A stretch of 64,000 nt of DNA. Origin: Selaginella moellendorffii. Taxonomy: Eukaryota; Plantae; Lycopodiophyta. Under the pieces are notes generated by a model. It did no database searches. It saw nothing but the letters and a program-made list of their open reading frames with translations, and was not told where the DNA came from. The stretch covers positions 449,117 to 513,116 of the forward strand of contig NW_003314268.1 in NCBI RefSeq assembly GCF_000143415.4. The letters are read 5' to 3'. The position numbers were made by a program, and so were the translations under genes. Numbering within the stretch: position 1 is the stretch's first letter; each line of letters begins with the position of its first letter. Shown here piece after piece: positions 37,991 to 51,100 of this stretch.

Positions 37991-38869
37991 TTATACATTA
38001 CATAATATATGATTATTTGTATTAGATGCCCATAAAACTTTGTTTGGAAATTTTGCTTCATAAATGACTAAATTACAATCATTTTGAACTGTAAAATATG
38101 TTGGTAAAAAACATTCAAATTTATTATTGCAATACTTATTTGAAGACCATAATAACTTCTCATTATATTTTAAAACTAAATTCCCATTATTTTGCAATTT
38201 TAAAATACAGTCAAACAAATTCATAAAGGAATATGACTTATCCCAAATTATCCTACTGTTTGAATAAAGTATAAGAATACAATTCATTTTTAAAATTAAT
38301 ATATTCCTACCATTAGGTGAAACTAGAAAACTATCACTATAAATAAATGAATCATAATATAAAATACTAGATCTTATATCACAAAATACTGATTTATCAT
38401 CAAGACTCTTTATATTTAAAAATGTTGATAAAGAATTAGAATCATCTGTTTTTAGATTATATTTTAATATATATTTAGTGCCATCTTTTAGAAAAGAATC
38501 TGAAGAATATAAGTTTATAGTGTCTATTGTGAATGCTAATAAATTTGTTAAACCTCTTATTATTTTATCACCTGTAATAGTTGCACCTGTATTTTCTACA
38601 GAACATTTATCTTTGCATTGAATAAGTACTGAAACAATTCCTTTTGAAGTACTAACTTCAACCTCATCTCCATAAGTTGTAGAATAACTTTTATCTCTAT
38701 TAATTTTTTTTAATAATTCATAAAACGCTGTAATAGCTTTACCAATATCATGTGGACTTAAATAGTTTGTTCTTCCAATTATAGGTTTCTTTGGAGCGAT
38801 AATTTTATTTAATTGTAAAACCAATATAACTATAATAAGTACAGTTTTTATTAATCTAATTTTATCCAT
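37991..38869 (-). CDS. Secreted protein with an unknown N-terminal domain and a C-terminal bulb-type (GNA/B-) lectin domain, intronless and very AT-rich
   Basis: ATG 38869 MDKIRLIKTVLIIVILVLQL (signal-like); LVSPNG...LQNNGNLVL...LWSSN...VQNDCNLVIY...VLWASNT. Confidence 0.78.
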   Translation of the reverse strand: MDKIRLIKTVLIIVILVLQLNKIIAPKKPIIGRTNYLSPHDIGKAITAFYELLKKINRDKSYSTTYGDEVEVSTSKGIVSVLIQCKDKCSVENTGATITGDKIIRGLTNLLAFTIDTINLYSSDSFLKDGTKYILKYNLKTDDSNSLSTFLNIKSLDDKSVFCDIRSSILYYDSFIYSDSFLVSPNGRNILILKMNCILILYSNSRIIWDKSYSFMNLFDCILKLQNNGNLVLKYNEKLLWSSNKYCNNKFECFLPTYFTVQNDCNLVIYEAKFPNKVLWASNTNNHILCNV

Positions 38870-39940
38870 TTTAATAACATTGAGACATTTGTCAAATATA
38901 AATATTATCAAGAACTTGTGTCGAGAAGAAGAAGACAATGAAAAAATAAAAACAAAGATGAAAACAAAGACAAGAAAAACAAGTAAGATGAAATTGTGTT
39001 GAATACTATAATACAAAGTCTTAAAAACCTTACTTTTATAGCTCTGAAATCTGCTGGTCAAACCTCTAATTAATCGAGGAACTTAGTTTAGATATTAATA
39101 ATGAACCATGCATCTGTATGAGAATTCTTTAGTTTCAAATCCCATGAGTAACATCGAAGCCATATGTGATAAAAATAAACTTATTGTATTAAAAAGTAGT
39201 AAGAATATTTCTATATTTGCTAAAGTCAATACGTTAAATTCAAGTTGTAATTCTTAAAAGAGGCATTATCTTGTTATAGAGTGTGATGCTTGGTGATAAT
39301 AAAGTTCAAACCAATACATGTATCTCATCCCCCTGAAAAGTGTTTCCTCCAACTTGATTTTCTTAATCTTACTGAATTAATGATTTTGCTATTTTATTAA
39401 TGAATATTTTACAACCTCCTTTGTTGTGGTGAAACCAGTGAGAGCTATACGCTCATTCGGCAAATATATATTAGCATAATAAATTTGATGTATTGGAATC
39501 TGTGTACTGAGGACAATCACTATTACATTAAAATTACCCAGCAAATACCAACTGTTTACCATTACCTCTCTTTTAGGTCAATCTCTCCTTTCAATGTCCC
39601 ACCTCTCAATTTTCCTTGCACCATGCTATTGTAACATTATGACTCCAATCCACCTTGCTTTTTAAAATCCAAAGACTGTTCCCATTCCTTCTGGTTAAGA
39701 ATACTCTCAAAGTCCACATTGGAAGAAAAATATGTTAAAATGAAAGACACTTTACAAATACGTCTTTTAGGCTAGTTCTTTGCACAATCCATGACCCCAT
39801 AGAAGTAATTATTGTTGAGCTAATCATAGCCCATTTCTCTCTATTAGAAATTTAAAACAGAGAAAAGAATAAATTCTACACGTTGCATGTAGCAACACTT
39901 AGTTTGCTTATTCTTACTTATTAATCCAATTGATCATATA

Positions 39941-40130
39941 AAGTTTATAATTATAAGCATATTTGTAATTTATAAACCTAAGATTAATCTTATTGCATAT
40001 CAACCATTAGATGATAGAATAGAAAAGAATATACTACAAAGGGTTAGAAAGTTTATAAATTATAAACATTTTTATAAATTATAAATATAAGATTAATCTA
40101 AATGAATAACAACCGTTAGATGGTAGAATA
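39941..40130. repeat. Diverged AT-rich tandem duplication, period about 108 bp
   Basis: aagtttataa...agattaatct...aacc.ttagatg.tagaata occurs twice. Confidence 0.65.
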
Positions 40131-42331
40131 TCCTAGAATATCCAAGCATATTCTAAATATATTCAACTATCCCAGTCCCCCTACAGATTTGCTTAAGCAA
40201 ACCAAAAATGAGTAATTCAAAGCATTTAATTATAGACCACAAAACATAATTATGGTTCTAATTCTAGCCACTCAAACAATATCTAGTATATGAAAAAAAA
40301 TTAATTTTTTTTAGGGGGGTTGATAATCAACTTATTGAACTAGCACTTGGAATGCTCATTTTCTTTTATAAGCTTGCATTGGCTGATCCATCTTTCCATA
40401 AGTTGTGCTTAGTTGCTATTAGTTTTGATAAACTATTTCACAAAGGCAAGGATCAATTTCTATTGCAGTTGGTTCTCAAGAAGCATAAAATCATTCATGC
40501 TGCTATTGCAAGAATCTCTGTGAGAAGGAGATTTTTCCAGTTAGTAAAAAGATTTTGGTAGCTTGTTAACAGTGTGTTAAAATAGGACATATGGCAAGAA
40601 AATCTCAACCTTGAAGCAAAAGTGTTTGATGAGCTTAAGAGTCAGCTCTACAAAGTGTTCCATAACAAATTAGACTGGCCAAATTGGGTGGACTACATGC
40701 CAATGTCCACAAGAGCTCTCAAGGAGCAGAACTCATGGCCAAGATTAACAGACTATGCAACTAGAGCACAAGAGGGTGGTAAGTATGCATGTTTCTTTGT
40801 CTCTGATTCCAATCAATAATGTTTTCGTATTTTAAAGGTCCAAAAGGGAGAAAGCCTGGTGCAAGCTGTGCAAAGAGGACAAAGACAGCAACATAGACTC
40901 AGCAAGCATTAAGGTGTAACAACATGGAAGGAGAAGACAATGGAGAGAATGAAGTACAACATAAAAAAAAAAGGAGATGATGAGGCATAAAGTGTGGCAG
41001 AAGATGGAGAGGACAGAATACAAAAGGACACACCCAGCACACAACATGGTAAAAAATATAAAAGACATGACTAGTCTCCTACATTTAAAAACACAATCTC
41101 AGTGAGAGAGTTGTGAGCTGGACCTAATGCTTCTATAAGTGGAGAGGAGGTATAACCAACACGAAAAAATGTGGTCCAAAGTTTGTTCTCAATCTCTTAG
41201 AAGAGAATGCCTTAACAAGTATGGCTATCACGATGGGGGAGCTTAGATATCTTGTCAACAAAGGTGATCTCATCAGAAAGAAGCTGGCTAAAACAATTTA
41301 TGAAATCCATCCATACAATAGTTTTCAATAGCAGTTGAGAAGTGCGAACATCAAGTTTGCCCCGTCGAGTGGGCACAAAAGATACAACCCATTGCGCTGA
41401 TGATTATCACAGTTGGCATAGCCACACTGCAAATCATTGATGCTAGCCAAGGGGCTTGAGAGACAGCTCTAACAATCGTTTGCTCAGCTCGGCTTGGGGA
41501 TTGGGGAGCTCTGAGGCGGCTGTGGGAAAATCCATCGCCATTGCATGGGGGAAGAACAGATTTCTAGAATTCTTTGGTCAATGACAGAAGGCGGGTTTGC
41601 GACAGCTGGTACGTGCATGCAAGTAGGGCTCCATTGCTCCTCCCACCACGAACGATTCTCTCGATATTCTCTTGGACATATGCGCTGCGAATACAGTGCT
41701 TACAGGGAGGCAGACGAATTGCATGCGAGTCTTCTCTAGAAATTTCACCCATGCTATGCCAGATGTGATCATTTGTGCCTAACCCACCAAAACATCCACA
41801 AAAAGTTTCACGTAACCATGTCTGGCCTAAACTTAAAATGCGAAGTTGGTTGGGAAACAGTTGTTTATTATGCCGCTCTCCAAGAGTAACATCCACAGAA
41901 TTTAACGTGGACGGTCGTAGAGCTTTCTTATGGTTCTTGGGGCAATGGAGCTCGACGAGGCACTGAGCAAGTTGATTGACAAGTTTTCTCTTGCTTTTGT
42001 TTCTCCCAGATGATGTTCCACAAGCTGCTCATTCATCCATAATTGATGAAGCCCAGCAAGCGAAGATGAACTAGGTGCGATTCGATTTGTAACCATTTCT
42101 ATAGCTTTTGTGTTCTTCGCCACGCAGGCTTCAATGTGGAGAAGATCAAAGCAATTATCACTTGTGATTTCTCTCACTTTCGATGTCCGATTGTGAGGTG
42201 ACGTCCGAGTGAGCGCGCATCACCCCAAGAATCATCAGCTTAACGCGTCAACCCCATCGTGAGGTTCTCGTATGTGTTGGCTCAGAGTGAATGGTCTTAT
42301 CTCCCAGGTGATTGAACCCACGGTATGACAC

Positions 42332-43164
42332 ATCACAACTTACATCTGACAAGAGGAGGTTTCTCTCTTTTTGATGGTGAACTTCGGTACTTCATGAACC
42401 CCCAAGAGCGCATCCCGAACATCCTGGTTGATAGTGTCAGCAAACCAGAAAGCCAGCATCTATACAAAATTCGAAAGCATTGTTGGTAAACACTTCGTGA
42501 GTTTGGATGAACGTACCCATCTTTCGAAGTGCTTTCTGGAAGAGGTTTAAAGACGTGATCAGGTGGCTGCAAATACAAGCTGAAGAAAGAGGATGCTGAA
42601 GATCAATCCGTCCAGGCTCCTTGTACGCGACAGCCTATGTAAAAAGACTATGTGAGCCTATCATCTGATAGAGAACTTCAAGGTTAGAGGACTACCTATA
42701 CGCCAATTAGAAAGAGAGGCTGAATGGAAAAGGAACAAGTTTCTAACCAGTTTTGTAGTCATGATCTGCAAGCTCGGGATAACAAAACCAAAAACTAAAA
42801 GAGAAAAACTTCAGTAATTCAGAAAGTCGCCATGCTGCGAGTGAATACATGCAGACCTTACCACATCTTTCTTCATCGGCTTCGTCCAGCATTCTGTCCA
42901 CTTCCGATCGCTTGACATGCATTCTCAAGACATTGAAGGCTGTCAGCAATTCGTCGCTGTCGATGGCACCTAAGAAAAAAAACTTCGCAAAAGAGAGAAA
43001 TAAACTGTCTTTGTGATCGATCTTTCAGCTCAGCTCGTATGCCTCATGCGCAAAGATTTTTGTCAGAAGAAATAAAAAGCGAGAAGAACATTTTCAGATC
43101 ATCGTCCAGCATGAAAACAGGATTGTACTGACTCAAATCACCCCAAAGCTTGAGCAACCTCGAT
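42332..43164. pseudogene. Rearranged pseudogene of the EF-hand gene: inverted internal part plus direct 3' end
   Basis: 42332-about 43040 is the reverse complement of about 35160-36210 with deletions; 43090-43164 matches 36594-36668 directly. Confidence 0.82.
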
Positions 43165-44640
43165 TCAAACCTGTAAGCTGTCCAGCTCGTTCTTTTTCTC
43201 GCAACTATCTTCACCATTGATGACGCTCTCGACACTCCACTGGATTGTTTTTCCAGCGCAGATTGGAACCACTGTCCCCGAATCAAAGCTATACGCTGTT
43301 GGCACGCACCAAGGCGTCTTTACCAGCGTCACAGTTCCCTTGTTCGCGGGAAGGCCGTAGAAGTTTGGACCGTTTAAGCTTGTAAACGCTTCCAGCATGT
43401 CGAGAGCTCCGGCCTGGAAACATATCAACTCAAGAACAATGCTAGGAAAAAGAGAAAGAAAGGAATCGAGACTTGCCTCTTCGAAAACTTGAGCGTAGAG
43501 AGGTAGAGCAACCGGAGCACTGTAAATTCCAGCACACCCGCAGGACGCTTCTTTGGCTCTTTTCTCGTGAGGAGCACTGTCGGTACCAAGGAAGTATTTT
43601 TTGCTCCCGCTCGTAACAGCCTTGATCAGTGCTTGTCCTGGATTTTGTTTTTGTAGAAAACTCATTGAAAATCCAACACAGATAAAAGCAAAAGAACAAC
43701 TTACTGTGATGTTCTCGCTTAAGAACTGGGAGACAATAAAAGTGTGGTTGCAAGCCGCCCTGAAAGATTGCGTTGCGATTGAGTAGCAAGTGCTGTGGAG
43801 TTACAGTAGCAGCCACATTTCCTGGGAGATTGAGAGAAACAATGAAAGAAAATCTACAAGAAATCGCGTACCTGAAGTAACGCTTTCCACAAACTCCACG
43901 GCATCGCGAGTAGTGATGTGCTCCATGACCACCTTGAGCTGTGGAAGCTTGGTGACGAGCGGCGAGAGGATTGTATCGATGAAAACTTTCTCGCGATCAA
44001 AGATATCGACGCTTGTGTCCACCACCTCTCCGTGCACCTAGAAAAGCTGGAGGTCATGCCTTAGCAAATCAAAGAGTAAGAACCAAAAACGAACAGAGTT
44101 ACCAGTAGAGGCAAGGAACTCCTCGCCATTTCTTCCAAGACTGGCATACATTTTCCAAACAAATCCGTCACTCCAGCTTGCGAGTTTGTAGTCGCGCCAG
44201 CGGGGTAAAGCTTCACGGCAAAAACAGCTCCACTCTTCTCTACAATTTTTTTTTGTCTCTTCTAAGAATCAAATAGAATGTGGAAGAAGGAACTTACTTG
44301 CAAGCTTGATCTCCGAGGTGGTAGTGTGATCGGTGAGATAGAGGGTCATCAAGGGGGTGAAAGTGGAATCCGGTGGAAGAGCTTTCAAGATTCGTTCTCT
44401 GTAAGCCAGCGCTTGAGGAAGTGTGGTAATGGGAGGCTTCAAATTGGGCATTACAATAGCGCGCTTGAACACACTCGCACTGCTCGAAGAAAAGAAAGAA
44501 AGAGCGCTCAATCAAACCAAATCCAATCGAGGAGAGAAAGAATTCTACCTGTGCGGCGCTACAGATGCAAGGCCATTGCCGTCTCGCAGGTGAAGATGCC
44601 AATCATCGGGCTGGACGATCGACAGTCGCAAAGAATCCAT
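43165..44640 (-). CDS. PYR4: Dihydroorotase (homodimeric PyrC type), multi-exon, no transit peptide
   Basis: [63 protein letters not shown]; last intron 43414-43476 is GC-AG. Confidence 0.93.
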
Positions 44641-44652
44641 TGGAAGGAAATG

Positions 44653-44673
44653 AACCCTAAAACCCTAAAACCC
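44653..44673. promoter_or_regulatory. Tandem telo-box (AAACCCTA) motifs upstream of dihydroorotase
   Basis: aaccctaaaaccctaaaaccc directly 5' of the ATG. Confidence 0.6.
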
Positions 44674-45399
44674 AAAAAAACATTCACAAGAAGTTTTAAA
44701 ACTTCAAATTGCGGTTATGATCATAATGCCCATAACAAAACATACCATCACATATTTAATGTCAATGGGATAAATCACACTTTTATATGTTTTGTGATAA
44801 GAATTAAACAAGTAATAGATGTTAGCCTAAATTTGCCTTCTTTTTTCCTCCAAAAGATTGCAATACAAAAGCATGAATAAAACTATATAGTCACTATACA
44901 AATATGCTATTGCATTCATATTTCAAATATAATAAGCGCATAACAATATAATAGTAAACATAATTGCATTATTACATTGGGTTTTGGTTGTGCTTACTTT
45001 TGCTATATGCTTCATCACCTTTCAATCAATTAAAAAAAAAAATTGGTTAGTTACTTTGCATTGAAGTACTCAAGCATTGCAAGTATAAGCATATCTCAAG
45101 CTTCAAACAAACATGTATTCAAAGACTCTAAAATATAGTTTATCAAATGTTCAAATTATTACATTTCAAAAAATGCAATTGTTTAGTATTTTGGCTCCAT
45201 GACAATTTGGATTTATCATGAATCTTTGCTATAGATGCATTAAGATTTGATGGTGTAAGAGTGTGATATCTTTCCAAAGTAAGTGAACAAGTTGAGATTT
45301 TTAAACACTTTCCAAAAGTTTTCAGCAAAATGCTTTAAAAAATCCATGCAAGATGTTAAATTAGCTACAGGAATTTAGTTTAAAACTAAAGTGGTTAAA

Positions 45400-46220
45400 A
45401 TGTGTATTTAGGTCTAAGGATATTGGAGGGTTTCCTTATTAATTCTATAAAACTTGTGGTTGTTTTAAAGTTCCTTACTCGGAGATATATGAATAATGTG
45501 AAACTCTTCCTTGGTAAGATGCAATGTTTTGGTCTTTTTAATTATCATATTGCATTATTGCAAATATTGTTGAATTGTTAACATTTCACTATTGCTAGTG
45601 TTGCTTAAGTTATTAACATTATTTTTTGTTTAGTTTAAGTTGGTATTTTCAAATCTTAAAGAAGTGTTAACAACTCTTCTAATTGTGGTGTATCCTAACT
45701 ATATTTGATCTTTTATTTTGCATGTGAATGCTTATGATATTGATTTTGGAGGTGTGTTGATGCAAAAGAGAATAGATGGCACTATTATAGAATTTATTAA
45801 TCTTGAATCCTATCACTTGCTTAATTTGCATAAATGAATGATTTTTACCAAGTCATGCAATACTGTAAAGATAATGTTATGGCACTAGTGTCATAGTGAT
45901 AGAATTGGAGTGTGGATGGAGAGGGAGGTAGATGCTTAATTAGTGTCATCCTTATATGTTATAACTAGCGGTGGTGAACTACTCTATGAATGCCTAGTAG
46001 CAGTTTAGGATTTTAAGAAGTTTCATGCATACTTGCATAGTTCTTAGACATTATTAAAAGGTGATTATGTTATGGTTACTTTATTTTTAAAACAAAAGAA
46101 TTTGTGCATACAATACTTTTGATTATCAAGGAAAACAAAAGAAAAGAATGATATACACAAAACTATATATTAAATTTGCAAGCTAGTTTGGAAAAAGCTT
46201 ATCTTGGTAAAAGAAGTCCT
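45400..46220 (+). mobile_element. Heavily decayed Ty3/gypsy RT-connection/RNase H remnant
   Basis: VKLFLG, NLKEVLTTLLIVVYPNY.*SFILHVNAYDIDFGGVLMQ, ECLVAV*DFKKFHAYLHS. Confidence 0.7.
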
Positions 46221-46787
46221 TGAGCTTGCAAATGAAAATTTATCTCACTACAATTGTGGCATTATGACAGTTATGACAGCATTGTGGTGGGAAGTTGTAA
46301 GGCTGTGGCAAAGCACTAGGGCATTAAGGCACTATGGTGGCTATGCTCGTGGCCATGGCAAATGGCTGTATAGCCATTTTGCCATGACTGCCATGCTAGA
46401 GCTGCATCATCTTGGTGTTGGAGGATTCAAAAGCTTGGTGATCTACTCCTTGATTTAGAGTGCCACAACTAAGTATGATCTAATATTTACCCTAATTTAC
46501 AAGGATAAATGTGACTAAGTGTTACACTTTTTAGATAATTTACTGTAAATTTAATAATTCATTTGATAGTTTTTAATACATTAATTGAAAATTTTAAAAC
46601 CTATATACACACACACACAAACACACAGATATATATACTCCTAAATTTGAAATTATATGTTGCGTATGTCCTTCTTGTGAAGTATCCATGAATGGAGGTA
46701 TCCACTATGGGACTATGGTATGGGTGGATGAGTAATTACCTCATATAGAATAATTAATTTACACAATAAAAGTATTAATAGATTCAA

Positions 46788-46970
46788 TGTGGAAATGGAA
46801 ATACTGGTTCCTCTTGGCTAAATAGAGTTTATTAGTCAATAGTCAATAATGATATTGACATCTCTGAAGGGGGGTTGAGTGTAGCACATGTGATTATGGG
46901 ATAAGATTTGGATATACTATTACTGTGGATCCTTAGAACCTTGGGGAATATGGAAATAAAATAGCCACTA
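46788..46970 (+). repeat. Dispersed repeat with an inverted, diverged copy at about 57228-57400
   Basis: ttcctctt...gatattgaca...agggggttgagtgta...tatgggataa...gatatactat...ccacta is shared in opposite orientation. Confidence 0.7.
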
Positions 46971-48179
46971 AAAATTCTTTTATAAAGCAATTGCTTTTTT
47001 TTCAGTTAGCTCAAAGGAGTGTGGACCATACTTGAGCTCAGAAGTTGAAGAGTTGAGCTCACTTTTCAATTGTAATTTAGTACAATCATTATAAACTTTA
47101 AAATATTAAGGTTATAGTGGACTTAATAATTTTATAACTCTCTATATATTATATAGATAAAAATGTTCTAAAGGACACTTCAAGTTCTAATAAATTAAAT
47201 ATTTACTACATGCTATAATAGGGACATTTGTTAGAACATAAAATAAAATATTTACAAAAAGAGTATTCTTGTCACTTTCTTAAATCTATACTTTGTGCTT
47301 TCTGGCTAGTAAATGTCAGATTTTTCAGAATTTAAAAATTATTAAATTTGAATTAAGATTCTATATACAGCCATATAACCCATTTGAAAGGAAAAAAAAA
47401 AAAAACCGTTGATGTAAGTTTGTTGCATATATAAAAAAGACTTGGTTCTTTTTTAGAATACATTTTTGAGGGGTTTGCTATAGTATACTATCTAGAATTT
47501 ATAGATCTTCACTTGCACTTTCATTCAAAAAAAGAGAAATACACACAAATGTCTATGGGTTTTACTGATGGTAATTTTAACTCTCTAAATTTAAAAGCGG
47601 CCAACGGGGCAATATTTTTTCCCAGGGTTCAAAGTTAGGAAATGCAATAGCTATCCCACTACACATCATAACCAAACCACACAAGAGAAAGAAAAAGAGG
47701 ATAGTGAATATAGTGATCATGAGTTGGAGATAAATGCAATGATAAAGGGTGTTATAAATTAGGTGAAAAAAAAAGTTTCCCAACTTGTTTTAGAAAATTG
47801 CAATTCTATGACTTTAAAAAAATTCCCTATATGTTTTTTTGCTTTTGGTGGAAATAATGGTGATGATCACTATGATAGTATATATGCTCTCGTGACATAT
47901 TGCAACATCATGCACCCGAAAGACTACTATGAAATATTTTTTGAGATGGTAAAGATAGAAGTGGAGACACACAAATACTATAGGCAATATTGCGAAAAGA
48001 ACACTAGCAAGTATATAAAATGAAAAGTGAAATGATAAAATATTTTTTATTAATTATATAAAGTATAATAAGTTTATATTATTGATAGAGAATAAACATC
48101 GATAGTCTTGGAAAATTTAGCTAGCTCCAAAAGTATTCTGCAACTCAGCAATAGTAAGGCTTGTTTAGTGTATATGAAT

Positions 48180-51100
48180 ATCCACTTTAGGATCTTGATG
48201 TAAAATGTTGATAAAGATGTAATATATATGCTTGCAAGGAGCATATACCTTCCTATGTTCCTCATGCTTTATAAAGTCTAGACATGTGTAAGAAGAAAAA
48301 TATTGAATAACAATTATGTATTCTCCACCATTTGTTTTGACTATGTACTCTTTTACAAGTGTACTAATGTACTTTGTGGAGAGAATTTCACACTCAAAGT
48401 GTTTGAGCTAAGTATATTTTACTTTGCTTCTGCTTGGAGACAATACCAATAAATTTAACTATCTTACCTTTTTTTGCTTGGTTCTATCACTCATGTCTCC
48501 AACTCTCGTTTTAGGATTGAAACCAAATTTCTCAAGGTTTTCAATCTCATCTGAGGTGAGTGCAACCCTATTAACAACCAGCCATTCTTTAGGTATTACA
48601 TCAAGTTTAGTCATTATAGTGTCTTCAAGCCGCTTTGTATGATTGGCATCAGTGTTGCAACAATATAGCCAACACCATATTGAAAATTCTACTTATTTTC
48701 ATTCCCTATGGAAACATGGGGTGGGAATAAAAGCAAACTTGTCACTACGGATCTAAACTCAACACTTGCCCTTTAGAAGTATCCCTACACATTTTACATT
48801 TGATTTTGTTAGCACTCGACAGATTGCATATTACTTCAGCTCTACGTTATGATAAATAATTTCAACCTGTTGTGATGTACTATTTTTATCAGCCACTTGA
48901 GGTAGCTCAATCTAAGGCTGATATCTTGGAGTAGAATGGTACTCAACATCAAACTTGTGAAAGCTTTTTGCTCCAAGATCCGTGCCAACTTCTTCACTAG
49001 CAAAGGAAAAGTGATGCTTTGAGCAAATGATCTTTATTTATATCACCAATAAAAGCATGGGGAGTGTACTTTATAGATGTGCTACAGACCACTTCCTCCA
49101 CTACAGTTACCACTATTTGTGCTGGTGGAATCACTTTCTTTTTCATCTGATCATGTAACATCTTAATTGAAGGTCTTGTTCCCATATATCTTCCTTCCTC
49201 AAATGCTAAAGCTTTTGAAGAGTATTCTATAGCACATATCAAATTTGATAGACATGCTTTGTATAGACTCATTTTCCCTTTCCCTACCTCAAAGGAATGC
49301 CAGCTCCAATACTTACTCTCTGAGAGATTCACAGTTGGGGTGTATGCAAGATCCTCAAGTGGTTGGTCCTAAAAAAAAGATAATATTAAAAAGCAATAAA
49401 AAGAGAAGAAAAAAAATGTTTAAACTAACCTAAAAAGAGTGATGTCTCCATTGAAACATTCTAACTTCCCACCACTCTAACCACGACTCAAGTTGTGGTA
49501 GACAACTTACATTCATATAGCCATCTTCACGCCACCACATTCAGATCTCATTTGCTTTTGCCTCATGCTCTTCTTCAGAAGGTGCAATTTACCATTGTTT
49601 GCACAACTCCTTAAATGTTAATTGGAAATTTAGCTTGATAAAGTGGTAGTGTTGGTTTAGGCTCTAAGCCCAATGGAACTCACAAGTCCTTTCATGACCT
49701 TCTAGGGGTTGACCATTCCCAAAGACTACAGGAATGCCATTCCAATTAGCCTTAGCGCCATCTGCCATGCAACCACGAAAGTTGGCAGGCTTATCAGTCT
49801 GCTTCAGTATAATGTGAAAGAGGGACTTCCAAAATATTTTTTAAGCCATCTAGTTTTGTACTTTAAACTCTGCTATTGCAATTGTCAATTTACAATGTAG
49901 CCTATAAAAAGGGCAATGTTTAAAACTATTTTAAGATAGTGAGAAAAAATCACTACCTTGGATCATACATATCGCATGGTTGTCCAACTTACTACCCACT
50001 TCATATAGTCAAAATGTACCCATACATTAGCAAGGTCATTCAACCTAAACACATCCATTCGCAAAACAAGATCCACACTAAAGGTAAGGCCCATGGTAGA
50101 CATTTTAAAAACAAAGGGGTGCTCTTGCTCATTAATGACTTGATCTGGAAATAAACTCTCATGGATAAACACATAGAGATAAGTTCATTTTAGTTTAAGG
50201 ATAGAGTCAATTTTTTATTGAAGTTTCCCCTCGTGAGATTTATACATTCTAAATAAAACAAAATGTAAGAGAGATATTATTGAAAAGTATGTAATAATAT
50301 TTTTTTACCTCTTGAGGCTAGTTGCAAGTTGCATGTGTCGTAATAACCCCTACAAGCTAGCCTCATCCAATTGAGTATTCTTGCAATCCAGATCGAGTAA
50401 GATGCTTGCAATAAAATCCTTGAGCATTGTCTTTTGAACATGTTTTGGAGTTGCAAATGAATTTCTCATAGTTTTTATTTGCATTGCATCTTTAAAATGG
50501 TTGATTAAACTCCTTTGTATCCCTTTCTGCATTGAATATATGTGTGTGCCAATATATATTGCAACTCTACCAACCTCTCCATCCCATGGAAGAAAGTAGT
50601 ACATCTTGGCCTCGCAGATGGCATGACATAATAGAGCATTCTTACAAAACTGACACTTGAATCCAACATCAATGGTGTCACAAATGGGAGGATTGATTGC
50701 AGATCCTTAAAAAAATATGGAGTTTTTACCACGCTTTTGATTGCATGCATCATTCACACAATTCAAATACCCACCACAATAAACCATGGATATTATACCT
50801 TCGAAATGTTGGAAATTTGTGGTCTTGATCTTCCACTAGTTGTGGACATTTTGCTTGGTCTCTATCCCCTTTCGTTTTGAGCTGACAAAAGATGGTAGTT
50901 CAAGAAAGATATTGCCATTGTATGTAGATAGGAGCTTGCTCACGGGCCTATGCAAAAACAAGCGCACATCGAAAGAGAGGTAGGAAAATTGGAAAGCGTT
51001 GCAAATAGCTTTGAATACCGGTGAAGTCGGAGTTTGCCAATACTTGGCTCGCACTAGACTAACATCTCCATTAGAACTAAAAGAGGAAGAATGATGATGA

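Noticed and set aside
38870-39061. Upstream in-frame extension of the lectin ORF (356-aa call)
   Set aside because: Starts at a non-ATG codon and is low complexity; ATG 38869 gives a signal peptide
40352-42300. Decayed coding-like sequence (LPPCKH, QTLDHIFSC), possible RING or LINE remnant
   Set aside because: Motifs too short and in different frames; not assignable by eye
44278-44880. 200-aa plus-strand ORF
   Set aside because: Antisense to dihydroorotase exons; no recognisable features
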